64,000 nucleotides of DNA from a virus. This document shows, one piece after another, positions 44,632 through 54,075 of the stretch. Each line of letters begins with the position of its first letter. The first letter of the stretch is position 1. The DNA is taken from the IMG/VR virus record IMGVR_UViG_3300034358_000044, positions 96,001-160,000 of that record. The stretch is one strand, 5' to 3'. The translations under genes and the position numbers were made by a program. The notes beneath the pieces are model-generated. The model was not told the DNA's origin, searched no databases, and saw nothing but the letters and a program-made list of their open reading frames with translations.

Positions 44632-44912
44632 TACCACGAGTTCCAGAACCGAATGATGGTGACGTCCTTCGGTAGCTTCGCGATGTCTACCTCGAAGCCT
44701 TCCTGGGAGTCGTCGTTGAACGGCCGGACGCAGCCGCGCTTCTCCAAGTCTACCTCGACTCCGGCTTCGTCAGGATCGCAGTGACCGAAGAACTCCCGTA
44801 CCTCTTCGGGCGCCTCGATTGAAGCAGCATCACACGCATCCCAAATCCTCTTCATCGCCTTGAACTTCTCGTCGGGCGGCCTGAAGCCGACGACGTGCGT
44901 ACTCATTCCCAT
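44631..44912 (-). CDS. small hypothetical protein
   Basis: 93 aa. Confidence 0.7.
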   Translation of the reverse strand: MGMSTHVVGFRPPDEKFKAMKRIWDACDAASIEAPEEVREFFGHCDPDEAGVEVDLEKRGCVRPFNDDSQEGFEVDIAKLPKDVTIIRFWNSW

Positions 44913-45176
44913 TTAGCTCTCCTCCAGAAAGTCTTGTTCGAGTTGCTTCTGTGCAGTGAAGAGTCGTTCGATGTTCTTCTTCGCCAGTATCATGTCGTTC
45001 CCCAGTGTGACGACCTGGGACCTCAAGATGAACAGCACCCGTACAACAGCCTCGGGTACGGTGGTCGCGCATCGCTGGCAGAGACAGATGGGCATCTCCA
45101 TCTTTCTCCACTCTACCGTGTCGATGTAGACCTTCTTGTCGCAGCATAGGCACGGCATCTTGCTATCGAGTGGCAT
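44913..45176 (-). CDS. small Zn-finger/coiled-coil protein
   Basis: CLCCDKK...CLCQRC. Confidence 0.65.
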   Translation of the reverse strand: MPLDSKMPCLCCDKKVYIDTVEWRKMEMPICLCQRCATTVPEAVVRVLFILRSQVVTLGNDMILAKKNIERLFTAQKQLEQDFLEES

Positions 45177-45807
45177 GCGCCCTCACGAGTTTCTTGGTGT
45201 AGGCCAGTCGGTGGAGATACCCGCTGTGGCTCGTAGTGGAGTCTTTCCCGTCAACAACGAGTCCAAACTGTTGAATGGCTTCGAGATGGTCGTGAGTCCC
45301 ATAGCCTTTGTTCTGCCTCCAGCCGTAGTCAGGCAACCCTTGGCTGGTTCTCTCCTTGGCGTAGTCGATCATCATCGTGTCCCGAAGGTGCTTCGCGATG
45401 ATGCTGGCGGCGCTGACCTGCTTGTACTTGTCGTCCGCCTTGGGTTCGACGACCTGTTCTCCTGCCCAACTCCGTACGGGGCTGCTGCCGTCCACGTAGA
45501 GGATGTCGGGCTTGGCGATGGTGAGGTCTGCCAGCGCCCTAGTGTAGGAGAGCTGGAGGCCCACTCCTGGGCCGTACTGGTCGAGCTCCCAGGGCCAGGC
45601 GTGCCCGACACCGAAGTCGAGTACTACTTGGCACAGCAGGGGGTACAGCATGCCTCTCTGAGCCTCTGTGGTCTTCTTCGAGTCACGCACCCCAGGGGGC
45701 AGCAGGGGCACGGCAGAGTCTCTCAGGAGGGCTACGACGGTGATGACAGGGCCTGCGAGGGCACCCCATCCGACTTCATCAACAGAGCCCCCCGCGAATG
45801 ACATCAC
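45163..45807 (-). CDS. rnhB: ribonuclease HII
   Basis: VDEVGWGALAGP, RDSKK, YVDG, KADDKYKQVSAASIIAK, NKGYGT. Confidence 0.92.
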   Translation of the reverse strand: MMSFAGGSVDEVGWGALAGPVITVVALLRDSAVPLLPPGVRDSKKTTEAQRGMLYPLLCQVVLDFGVGHAWPWELDQYGPGVGLQLSYTRALADLTIAKPDILYVDGSSPVRSWAGEQVVEPKADDKYKQVSAASIIAKHLRDTMMIDYAKERTSQGLPDYGWRQNKGYGTHDHLEAIQQFGLVVDGKDSTTSHSGYLHRLAYTKKLVRAHATR

Positions 45808-45847
45808 GGGGGGCTACCTCCTTCTTAGTGCGGGGCATCCGTTCCTT

Positions 45848-46159
45848 TCACGGTGATTCGTTCTGCTCGTTTCCCATCTTGCGTTTCACGATGACTTGTA
45901 CGACGAGGGAGGTAGGTTTGATGGAGACCGCATTTCCCGGTACACAGTTGTTCTTGGTGAGCCACTTCTGGAAGATGTTCCATATCTCAAGAGCCACTTT
46001 CCCGTTGACTTTCTCTGGCCAGTAGAGCTTCAGCCCGTAAACGAGTGGGTTGACAGTGCCCACGACTTCATAGACCATCTCTTGGTCCAGGGCGCCTCCT
46101 GTTGACTCGCAGAATGCAGGAACCCACGCCAGAGGCGGTGGCACTCTTGAGGGCTTCAT
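45848..46159 (-). CDS. hypothetical protein
   Basis: start moved to ATG 46159 (GGAG RBS); shares CATG with the terminase start. Confidence 0.55.
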   Translation of the reverse strand: MKPSRVPPPLAWVPAFCESTGGALDQEMVYEVVGTVNPLVYGLKLYWPEKVNGKVALEIWNIFQKWLTKNNCVPGNAVSIKPTSLVVQVIVKRKMGNEQNESP

Positions 46160-47951
46160 GACAGTAGTCTCCAGTGAAGAGTACAAGAGACTCGACAACG
46201 ACGTCGTCATCTCTGAGAGCGGGCAGCCAGAGCCGAAGGAAGAATGGGACTACGAGCCAGTAGTTGAGGTGGACCCGGATGAGCTGGAACTGCAGAAAGG
46301 CAGCGAGCTCGTCTACATCTCTCCCTCCCGCTTTGTCGAGTTCGCCATCACGGTTCCCGACAAGGTGCTGCAGAAGCGAGTGCCCTTCTCCTTCGAGAAC
46401 CGCCGCTACCTCCGTCATCCCTACGACACCGCCTCCAAGCGCGTCCTCCTGAAGTGTGGTCGGCAGGTCGAGAAGAGCACGATGTTGGGGAACAAGTGCC
46501 TCTCGTACTGCGCCATCTACTCTGCCTTCAACGTCCTCTACGTTTCCCCCACCAACCTTCAGACGAAGACCTTCAGTCAGGACCGCTTGAAGGAGCCGGT
46601 GGAGACATCAGAACGATTGAAGGCTTGGACGACGTCGAAGCTGAGCGACAACGTCTTCTCCAAGAAGTTCGTCAACCGGAGCCAGATAACGCTCCGCTAC
46701 GCCTACCACAACGCCGACCGGGTTCGTGGCATCCCTGCTGACATGGTCCTCATTGATGAGGTCCAGGACATCATCACGGACAACCTTCCGGTCATCGAGG
46801 AGTGCGCCTCCCACTCCGAGTTCAAGCTCTTCCTGTACTCAGGGACGCCCAAGTCTCTGGACAACCCTCTGGAGAAGTACTGGACGGAGCAGTCGACCCA
46901 GAACGAGTGGGTGGTGCCCTGTGAGCACCACGGCCTCCCCAAGGATCCCAGCACCTGGTTCTGGAACATCCTCAGCGAAGAGAACATGGGCAAGGAAGGT
47001 CTCATCTGTTCTCGCTGTGGGAAGCCCATCTACTCGATGCACCCACACTCCCAGTGGGTGTCGATGAACCCGAACGTCTACACCCGACTGAAGCAGCCCT
47101 TTGAGGGCTACCGGGTACCGCAGCTCATGGTGCCTTGGCTTGACTGGCACGAGCTCCTCGACAAGCGTACCAAGCAGTCCCAGACGGTCTTCTTCAACGA
47201 GGTGTTGGGGCTCTCCTACGACTCCGGTACTCGCCCCCTCACTCGGCAGGACGTCGTCGATAACTGCCAGCCTGGGCTCTTGATGACGGAGTCCAACCTC
47301 ACCGACATCAAGCGACACATGGGTACGGCTTCTCCCATCTTCGCCGGCATCGACTGGGGTACTGGTGAGAATACGTACACCGTCCTCACCCTGGGCGGCT
47401 ACATCAACGAGTACTTCACCATCTTCTACATTCACCGTTTCGAGGGGCCTGAGATGGAGCCAGAGGTGCAGCTCGACCTCATCGAGACCATCATCAAGAA
47501 CTGGAACGTCAAGGTGGTGGGGACAGACTACGGCGGCGGCTTTGATCGCAACGATCGTCTCCAGCGGAAGTTCGGAAGGGACCGAATCTGGAAGTACCAG
47601 TACTCGACCCCTTCCCAGAAGGTGAAGTGGGAGGACAAGTTCCACCGTTTCATCGTCCACCGCACCGAGGTGATGTCGGACATCTTCAACGCCATCAAGC
47701 GGAGGAACGTCTTCCGCTTCCCTGACTGGCAGCAATTCGAGGACCCCTTCTCCAAGGACCTCCTCAACATCTTCTCGGAGTACAACGAGCAGGCCCGGCA
47801 GATTCAGTACAAGAAGTCGCCTGACGTGACGGACGACTCCTTCCACTCCATCCTGCTCTGCTTCCTTGTCTCGATGCTGCGCCACCCCAGGCACGATGTT
47901 CTGAACCCTCAGGCGCGCACGTCTGCTGGTGCAATGGACATTGAGGACTAA
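46158..47951 (+). CDS. terL: terminase large subunit (lambda GpA-like)
   Basis: KCGRQVEKST, LYVSPT, LIDEVQD, SGTPKS, WVVPC...CSRCG, GIDWG nuclease motif. Confidence 0.85.
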   Translation: MTVVSSEEYKRLDNDVVISESGQPEPKEEWDYEPVVEVDPDELELQKGSELVYISPSRFVEFAITVPDKVLQKRVPFSFENRRYLRHPYDTASKRVLLKCGRQVEKSTMLGNKCLSYCAIYSAFNVLYVSPTNLQTKTFSQDRLKEPVETSERLKAWTTSKLSDNVFSKKFVNRSQITLRYAYHNADRVRGIPADMVLIDEVQDIITDNLPVIEECASHSEFKLFLYSGTPKSLDNPLEKYWTEQSTQNEWVVPCEHHGLPKDPSTWFWNILSEENMGKEGLICSRCGKPIYSMHPHSQWVSMNPNVYTRLKQPFEGYRVPQLMVPWLDWHELLDKRTKQSQTVFFNEVLGLSYDSGTRPLTRQDVVDNCQPGLLMTESNLTDIKRHMGTASPIFAGIDWGTGENTYTVLTLGGYINEYFTIFYIHRFEGPEMEPEVQLDLIETIIKNWNVKVVGTDYGGGFDRNDRLQRKFGRDRIWKYQYSTPSQKVKWEDKFHRFIVHRTEVMSDIFNAIKRRNVFRFPDWQQFEDPFSKDLLNIFSEYNEQARQIQYKKSPDVTDDSFHSILLCFLVSMLRHPRHDVLNPQARTSAGAMDIED

Positions 47952-47987
47952 GAAGAAACGGCTCGTGCAAGCCCGTCCCCTCTTCGA

Positions 47988-48434
47988 CTACGGCAGCTTC
48001 TTGACGAGCTGAGGAGCCATCCCCGCCACGGGGGGCAGGTTCTCCAGCGGGTCGTTGTTCCCGAACAGGCCCAACCTGGGCCAGTCGAACTTGTGCGCCA
48101 CCTTCTCGTAGGTGACGACCACGCCGACGCCGACCACCACTGCGATCGTGATGTTCTTCAGGTTGGGAGTGATGCCACCCAGCCGGGAGACCTTGTCCAT
48201 CACGCGCTGCTCCAGCGGCTTGCCCTCCATCATGGCAGCCTCCTCGAACTGCCCGTTGCGGCGGAAGTTCTTCGCCATCGCCGCCCTCAGCTCGGGGGGG
48301 AGCTGCTCGATGGTGATGTTCTGCGCCTTCTGAGGCACCTGCTGCGCTTGCGGGGGGACAGCCACCGCCTCATTGGCGGTCTGTGGCTTGCCACCGATGT
48401 CGATGACGATGCCCTTTTCGTTCTCGTTGCTCAT
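47988..48434 (-). CDS. membrane protein with one predicted TM helix
   Basis: start moved to ATG 48434 (GGAG RBS); ITIAVVVGVGVVVTY. Confidence 0.65.
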   Translation of the reverse strand: MSNENEKGIVIDIGGKPQTANEAVAVPPQAQQVPQKAQNITIEQLPPELRAAMAKNFRRNGQFEEAAMMEGKPLEQRVMDKVSRLGGITPNLKNITIAVVVGVGVVVTYEKVAHKFDWPRLGLFGNNDPLENLPPVAGMAPQLVKKLP

Positions 48435-48484
48435 GGGGGTTGGTTCTCCAGTGAAGACCAAGAGTTGATCTCTTGGGTTCACAG

Positions 48485-48513
48485 CCTTATCCCAATCCCT
48501 AGTCTCTTTTTGC
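48485..48513 (-). promoter_or_regulatory. candidate phage promoter GCAA-N16-GGGATAAGG (site 4)
   Basis: CCTTATCCC 48485-48493 and TTGC 48510-48513. Confidence 0.55.
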
Positions 48514-49197
48514 CAAGCGCCTGAAGAGGGCTTCCTTGTTGGTTTCCAGCCCTTCCAGGAACTGAGGTGAAACAGTTCCACGACCCAGCTCCAGCCAGGT
48601 CACCACTACTGCTCGAAGCTGCTTCCTGGCCGCACTGAGTCTTTCACCTAGAGACTGCCAGGCGAGGGAGGGGCTCTTCTTGTCCTCTGCCCAACAGTGG
48701 TCCACAAGCTGGGAACAGAAGTCGAAGAAGGGAGCCCAGGCCTTTGGGTTGTTCGTAGCCTTGGAGAGCGCAGAGAGAGTTTCCTCATCCATTCGCTCGA
48801 AGATCTCCACCCACTTGTTGGTAAGGTCCTGTGTCCAGTTTCCAGCTTTCTCGATTCCGAGGTATGCTTGTGCGGCCGAATACAGCCCCAGACAGGTATT
48901 GGTGTCTGGACGGAGAGGCTGCGGGTCTCTCAGTTCCATGAGGTGTTTCACCAGTCTCATCTCATCTTCGAGCTTCTGGAGACGGCTCGCCATGTTGATG
49001 AACGACCTTCTATTCATCGACGGCAGGTCTACCTCCAGGTCGACTGCAAGGAGATCCACATCTCCACGATCCAATACAGAGCGTCCCGCTTCTACTCTCT
49101 TCTTGATGAATCCCCTCTTCACGTAGTCGTGGAGAGAACGCTGCGACCGTCCAAGCCGTTGACCTGCTTCCTGGAACGTATAGAAGGGACTTCCCAC
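48499..49197 (-). CDS. HTH (AlpA/MerR-like) DNA-binding protein
   Basis: YTFQEAGQRLGRSQRSLHDYVKRG; GGAGG RBS. Confidence 0.75.
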   Translation of the reverse strand: MGSPFYTFQEAGQRLGRSQRSLHDYVKRGFIKKRVEAGRSVLDRGDVDLLAVDLEVDLPSMNRRSFINMASRLQKLEDEMRLVKHLMELRDPQPLRPDTNTCLGLYSAAQAYLGIEKAGNWTQDLTNKWVEIFERMDEETLSALSKATNNPKAWAPFFDFCSQLVDHCWAEDKKSPSLAWQSLGERLSAARKQLRAVVVTWLELGRGTVSPQFLEGLETNKEALFRRLAKRD

Positions 49198-49227
49198 GTG
49201 ACCTCCTGCAAGCCTACTCTGGTTGTG

Positions 49228-49258
49228 CTACATCTTTCGTCTACATCAGGGAGCTACA
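49228..49258 (+). repeat. three CTACA direct repeats at a 13-bp period in a divergent intergenic region
   Basis: CTACA at 49228, 49241 and 49254; CTACT at 49214. Confidence 0.5.
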
Positions 49259-49262
49259 GCCC

Positions 49263-50306
49263 ATGAACAACGAGTCATCCATTGCCCTGCTAAGCAAGGG
49301 CAAGAGCGCAAACATCTCCCCCGAGAAGCTGGAGATGATGGGCAAGGAGGCTGCCAACATCTTCATCGAGAAGCACATCTCCCTCAACGAGAGCATCTCG
49401 AAGCTGGCTGCGGCACACGATGACATCAGCCAGGAACAAATCAAGAGGGTCTGCGAATTCGCCAACACCGCCGTGTACCTGGCGAAGCACGACATGGCCA
49501 AGACCGCCGGCTCCTCTTCGAGCTATCCCGAGTTCGACCTGGCCGATCCGAACCGTGTCATCCAGGACCTCTCGGATGGAACCAAGTCCACTGTCACCAC
49601 CAAGGTGGATGCTGACTACAGCCGCCTGCCTCAGAAGGTGAAGACCTCTTCCGCAGAGAAGAAGGTCGTTCGAATTGACCGGATGAAGGGGGCCAATGGG
49701 AAGCCGAACTACTGCGTCCATCACTACAGTGATGGAACCAGTTCCGGCCCGACCACTACAAAGACGGCCTCTCCAGCCGAGATGGCCCTTGAGGAACTCT
49801 TCACTTCGAAGACTGCAGAAGACCTCGACTACTCCAAGGACACTGCCGTCAATGAGGTGATGGCCGCCAAGGAGCAGCTCATCGGCCTCAGGGACCATCT
49901 TCGTTCCGCCGGAGAGCAGTTCGACCTGCTGCGCAAGGAGTCTGCTTCCGAGCTCTACGAGCTCTCCAAGCGCTTCATGATGGACGGGGGCAGCTTTGCC
50001 GACATCGGCAAGGTGGCCTACGCTGTCAGCCAGAGTCAGGACGAGATGGCGAATCTCCTCGACCCCATCATCAAGGGGCTGCTGAAGGAGAAGGTCTCCA
50101 GTGCCTCTGAGCTCAAGCTGGGCATCCGTGGGATGGAGAAGGTGGCTCACCGTACCGTCAATCCCGAGCACCCCATGATGAAGGTGGCAGCCGCCGTCCT
50201 CGTGGCCGACAGAGAGATGGAGAAGGTGGCCCAGGGGCTCAAGGAGGTCACTGCCGGACTCAACGAGGTGAACTCCTTCATCAAGGAGCAGCTCCGTGCT
50301 GGGTAG
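49263..50306 (+). CDS. probable head/core protein with many K-x-A motifs
   Basis: KTAG, KTSS, KTAS, KTAE, EKVA, KVAA. Confidence 0.6.
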   Translation: MNNESSIALLSKGKSANISPEKLEMMGKEAANIFIEKHISLNESISKLAAAHDDISQEQIKRVCEFANTAVYLAKHDMAKTAGSSSSYPEFDLADPNRVIQDLSDGTKSTVTTKVDADYSRLPQKVKTSSAEKKVVRIDRMKGANGKPNYCVHHYSDGTSSGPTTTKTASPAEMALEELFTSKTAEDLDYSKDTAVNEVMAAKEQLIGLRDHLRSAGEQFDLLRKESASELYELSKRFMMDGGSFADIGKVAYAVSQSQDEMANLLDPIIKGLLKEKVSSASELKLGIRGMEKVAHRTVNPEHPMMKVAAAVLVADREMEKVAQGLKEVTAGLNEVNSFIKEQLRAG

Positions 50307-50529
50307 ACTCACCAAGCTGGCCCAAAGGTCGGCACAGCTTCGTCGGGCTGCTCTTCGTAAGGAGGCAGGCATCCTCGGTGCTGTCAGCAAACAGGTAGGT
50401 GGTGCCGCCATCGGCGGAGCGTTGGCTGCCCCTACCGCCATTGCAAAGACGAAAGAGTACAAGCAGGGATTCGATCCGGCCTACCAACAGTCCATGCATG
50501 GTCCGGCACCAAAGCCTCCAGGAGTTTGA
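50296..50529 (+). CDS. small basic Gly/Ala-rich protein
   Basis: KLA, KEA; VGGAAIGGALAAP. Confidence 0.55.
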   Translation: MLGRLTKLAQRSAQLRRAALRKEAGILGAVSKQVGGAAIGGALAAPTAIAKTKEYKQGFDPAYQQSMHGPAPKPPGV

Positions 50530-50530
50530 C

Positions 50531-51151
50531 ATGACCGCCGAAGAGATTCTCGCAGCTGCCAACGAGGCGAACCCTGAGTACGTCGAGAAGACGGCGAACG
50601 CTCTGTTCGTTCTGCAGCATGGAGAGCCAGAGTTCGTTGACGAGATGATGAAGGACATCAACATCATCACCGCAGTCACGATGGAGAAATCTGCAGGAGT
50701 GAAAGACGTTTTGAGGCGTGGTTGGGGCAGTACTGGGGGGAAGCTCCCTGACGCAGCTCAGGGTGTGCTGATTGCCGGTGCAGCTTCAGTCGCTCTCGGA
50801 CTGGGGGCAGCAGTGGCAGGAGACCTCTACGATGCTGCCAAGAGAGGCCTCACCAGGAAGAGGAACTACGATGCCATCGTCAAGGCGAACCCGGACCTTC
50901 AGCGCCACGACAAGAAGGAGCTCATCAACTCCTTCTCCACTCTTCACCGCTTCGCTCCTGAGTTCACTGCAGATCCTCGCCTGGGTGGTGAGCTCCTGGG
51001 GGCCATGGCCTCTTTGGGAGGCGGTGCTGAAGGGGGGCAGCGTGCCCTGGTTGAGGAGCTCCTCAACTCCAGGAAGACGTTGGTTGACGCCCGGAAGAAC
51101 CAGTTCTCTCTCGGCAGGCCCGATGCCAGCATGATGGGATTCAAGAAGTGA
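50531..51151 (+). CDS. probable head protein with a hydrophobic segment
   Basis: start moved to ATG 50531 (GGAG RBS); EKTA, EKSA; VLIAGAASVALGLGAAVAG. Confidence 0.65.
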   Translation: MTAEEILAAANEANPEYVEKTANALFVLQHGEPEFVDEMMKDINIITAVTMEKSAGVKDVLRRGWGSTGGKLPDAAQGVLIAGAASVALGLGAAVAGDLYDAAKRGLTRKRNYDAIVKANPDLQRHDKKELINSFSTLHRFAPEFTADPRLGGELLGAMASLGGGAEGGQRALVEELLNSRKTLVDARKNQFSLGRPDASMMGFKK

Positions 51152-52758
51152 TCAAGCAGCTTTCCTATCTCGGTCGAACCGAGCAAGGCATCTTCGCTCA
51201 AGCGCTCTTCGGGAGTGCTGGGGCCTTCGAGAAGACTGCCGGCGCTCCTCCGTTTGCCAACTTGGAGACCGGTGACGAGCTGAGGAAGGCTGTCTCCAGC
51301 ATCACCAAGAAGGACAGAGAAGCGTTCTGCTACGTCCTGGTGAACGCCTTGGGAGCTGGAGAGTTCTTTGGCTCCAACATCAACGCGGACTGGTTCCCGT
51401 GGAATGCTCTCTCCCACCAAGGGGATGACTACGGGTACAAGACGTTCTTGAGGGCGCACGCCTTCTCTCACCACAAGAACAAGGATCCTCAGCGCGCCTT
51501 CGGTGTACCCATCTCCTCCCTACTGAACCCGCGCATGAAGCGGGTCGAGCTCATCATCAAGCTCGACAGGGAGAAGGCGAAGCTGGAGCAGGCGGACGGC
51601 ATCATCAGCCGCATCGACGCCGGAGAGTTCCCTGACGTCTCGATGGGCTGCAAGGTTCCATTCGACGTCTGCTCCATCTGCGGTAACCACAGCAAGACGA
51701 AGGACGACTACTGCAAGCACATGAGGCCCGACCCGGAAGACCGGGACAAGTGGGGGCCGAACAAGATTCTCCCAGATGGACGGCGCATCTGCGTCATCAA
51801 CACGCTTCCTAGGTTCTTCGACATCTCCTTCGTCTTCATTGGAGCGGATAAGACCGCCAAGGTGATGATGAAGTTGGCCTCAAGAAACATCGTCACTGGC
51901 CCAATCATTCTGTCGGCCGATGCAGGTGCTCAGTTCTACGAGGGTATTGGTAAGCAGAAGACCGCCTCCGTTCGACAGGAGCTCCCCAAGATGGCCTCCC
52001 AGAAGAAGGTCTCAGAGATTCTGAAGGACATTCCTGCTGGCACCTTCTCCATGAAGAGGCTGTCCTCTCTGGAGAGGGCCGAGCCCACCATCGGTAAAAA
52101 GGCGCTCAAGAAGCTTTCCCAGCATCCCCTGTCTGCTGCCCTCGGGGCCACTGCTGCGATGGGCATCGTCCTCAAACCGGAGGAGTTCCAGTATCTGGTG
52201 TTGGAGAAGATGGGTGAAGCAGAGCTGGCAGACATCCTCTCCAATGAGACTCTGGTCTTCCACAAGACCGCATCCTTCCACCATACGGACATCGAGTTTA
52301 TCAAGGAGGCGGTCGATTCCTCCATTTCTCTTCTTCGAGACGTGGTGAAAGAGCGGACAGTCTTTGGGGAGCCGTTCGTGCTTCGAACGGCTGCTCCTTC
52401 AGAAGCCCCCAAAAACCCTCTTCCCACACCTTCTCCGGTCGAGCATTCTCTTCTGGACAAGATCAGCGCGGCATACAATGGTTACCGTTGGTCGCTGATG
52501 ATGAAGCTGTCGGAAGCGTCGGAGATGGTGGAGAGCGACTCAAGGTTGCGAGAGGCTGTACTGGGAGACGGACTGGTGAACATGTTTTCAAAGACGGCCA
52601 GTCGTTCCCCACTCATCACTCGCGACTCGGTAGCATACATGATGGGCGCTCATTTCTCTGACCGTAGTGTGTTGTCGAATGCTGCAGTCGTCGATGCGAT
52701 TGCAGAGAGCAACAAGGACTTCCTCAATGGTGAGGGGTTCTCGGCCCAGGGGTTCTGA
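51148..52758 (+). CDS. putative prohead maturation serine protease with Zn finger
   Basis: HAFSHHKN (His), DVSMGC (Ser), CSICG...CKH; upstream of scaffold and capsid genes; several KTAS/KxAS in the C-half. Confidence 0.7.
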   Translation: MIKQLSYLGRTEQGIFAQALFGSAGAFEKTAGAPPFANLETGDELRKAVSSITKKDREAFCYVLVNALGAGEFFGSNINADWFPWNALSHQGDDYGYKTFLRAHAFSHHKNKDPQRAFGVPISSLLNPRMKRVELIIKLDREKAKLEQADGIISRIDAGEFPDVSMGCKVPFDVCSICGNHSKTKDDYCKHMRPDPEDRDKWGPNKILPDGRRICVINTLPRFFDISFVFIGADKTAKVMMKLASRNIVTGPIILSADAGAQFYEGIGKQKTASVRQELPKMASQKKVSEILKDIPAGTFSMKRLSSLERAEPTIGKKALKKLSQHPLSAALGATAAMGIVLKPEEFQYLVLEKMGEAELADILSNETLVFHKTASFHHTDIEFIKEAVDSSISLLRDVVKERTVFGEPFVLRTAAPSEAPKNPLPTPSPVEHSLLDKISAAYNGYRWSLMMKLSEASEMVESDSRLREAVLGDGLVNMFSKTASRSPLITRDSVAYMMGAHFSDRSVLSNAAVVDAIAESNKDFLNGEGFSAQGF

Positions 52759-52814
52759 CCTCGAAGACGGCCACCGACCAGAAGACTCGCAGTTCAAACC
52801 CCAGGAGCAAATAC

Positions 52815-53594
52815 ATGGATCCCCAGCTTGCAGCAATCTACGGAACGGCGAATGTCGATGAGGCAGACCTGGAGAAGCTCGCCGCAGCCGAGCTCGCAGA
52901 AGGCCTCGCCAACGAAGAAGAGGGCACGGAAGACCTGACCGAGGAGGACCTGGAGGCGATCGCTCAGGACGTCCTCAACGGTTCCGACGAGGGCGACGAG
53001 GGTCAGGAGAAGACCTCTGAGGCGCAGGAGAAGCTGGCCGAGGCCGACTACCTCGGCCGCGTGATGGCGCACTCGTACGTCAACGAGCTCCGCAGCATCG
53101 AGAAGACGGCCGAAGATGCAGCGCCCGCCAAGGCCAAGGAGCCGGGACGTGTGCGCCAGGCAGCAGGCAAGGCCTGGGGTGCGGTCAAGGGTGGTGGCAA
53201 GCGCTACGGCGAGCTGATGCGTGGTGGCAAGGCGGGCGAGGCAGGTGAGATGGCAGGACGTCGTGCCGGCAACTCGCTCAAGGGTTTCAAGCAGATGCGT
53301 GGTGAGGCGCTGAAGTCTCTCGGCGCTCGTGGTGGTACTGCCATCGGTGCCGCTGGTGCCGCCTACGGCGCCAAGAAGCTGTATGACAAGGTCAAGAAGT
53401 CGTCGGCCGTCGACACGCTCGTCGAGCAGCGCGCGCTGGAGATCCTCGAAGCCAACGGCATCGATCCGAACCAGCTCTCCCCGGTCGAGGGGCAGACCAA
53501 GATGTCGGATCCCCGTGAGGCGCTGGCCAACGAGGTCGAGCAGAGGGCCTGGAACCTGCTCGGCCAGTACGGAGTGGTTCCCGACGAGGAGTGA
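52815..53594 (+). CDS. scaffold/core-like acidic protein with a basic Gly/Ala insert
   Basis: AGGAG RBS; EKLA x2, EKTA, KKSS. Confidence 0.6.
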   Translation: MDPQLAAIYGTANVDEADLEKLAAAELAEGLANEEEGTEDLTEEDLEAIAQDVLNGSDEGDEGQEKTSEAQEKLAEADYLGRVMAHSYVNELRSIEKTAEDAAPAKAKEPGRVRQAAGKAWGAVKGGGKRYGELMRGGKAGEAGEMAGRRAGNSLKGFKQMRGEALKSLGARGGTAIGAAGAAYGAKKLYDKVKKSSAVDTLVEQRALEILEANGIDPNQLSPVEGQTKMSDPREALANEVEQRAWNLLGQYGVVPDEE

Positions 53595-53609
53595 CCTGAA
53601 GGGGTAGCG

Positions 53610-54062
53610 ATGCCGGAATGGATTCACCAGAGAGCAGACCACATACGGGCCAAGAACCCAGGCATGTCTGAATCTCAATCCTTCGCCATCGCTACCCAGC
53701 AGGCTCATGCATCAGGCAAGGCCCCTCGGGGGTTCGGTACTCCCGAGGGGAAGAGGGAAGCGAAGAAGAAGTACGATGAGCCGAAGTCCGCCTACAAGAA
53801 GACAGCGGACCCCGGCCACATCGCCAAGACTTCCTCGGTCATGGTGATGTGGGCTGGGTTCTCTGATGAACTCCAGAAGATCGCATTCGCAGGTGCTTCA
53901 ACGGTTTCCAATGTCACCAAGCCAATACCTACTCCAGGTATGAAACTGCCGAAGTTGACAGCAAAGCCGGTGGTAACGGAGCCGGAATCACCGGCCTCAA
54001 AGTTGGACCTCTTGGGAAGTTCTCGAACGCCACAACCGCCGCCTGTGACTTCAGGTGGGTAA
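53610..54062 (+). CDS. basic protein with an internal leader-like motif
   Basis: WAGFSDELQKIA; KKTA, KTSS. Confidence 0.6.
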   Translation: MPEWIHQRADHIRAKNPGMSESQSFAIATQQAHASGKAPRGFGTPEGKREAKKKYDEPKSAYKKTADPGHIAKTSSVMVMWAGFSDELQKIAFAGASTVSNVTKPIPTPGMKLPKLTAKPVVTEPESPASKLDLLGSSRTPQPPPVTSGG

Positions 54063-54075
54063 CAAGGAGCAACAG

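Noticed and set aside
47988-48434. Holin call
   Set aside because: Only one TM segment and no adjacent endolysin; left as a membrane protein
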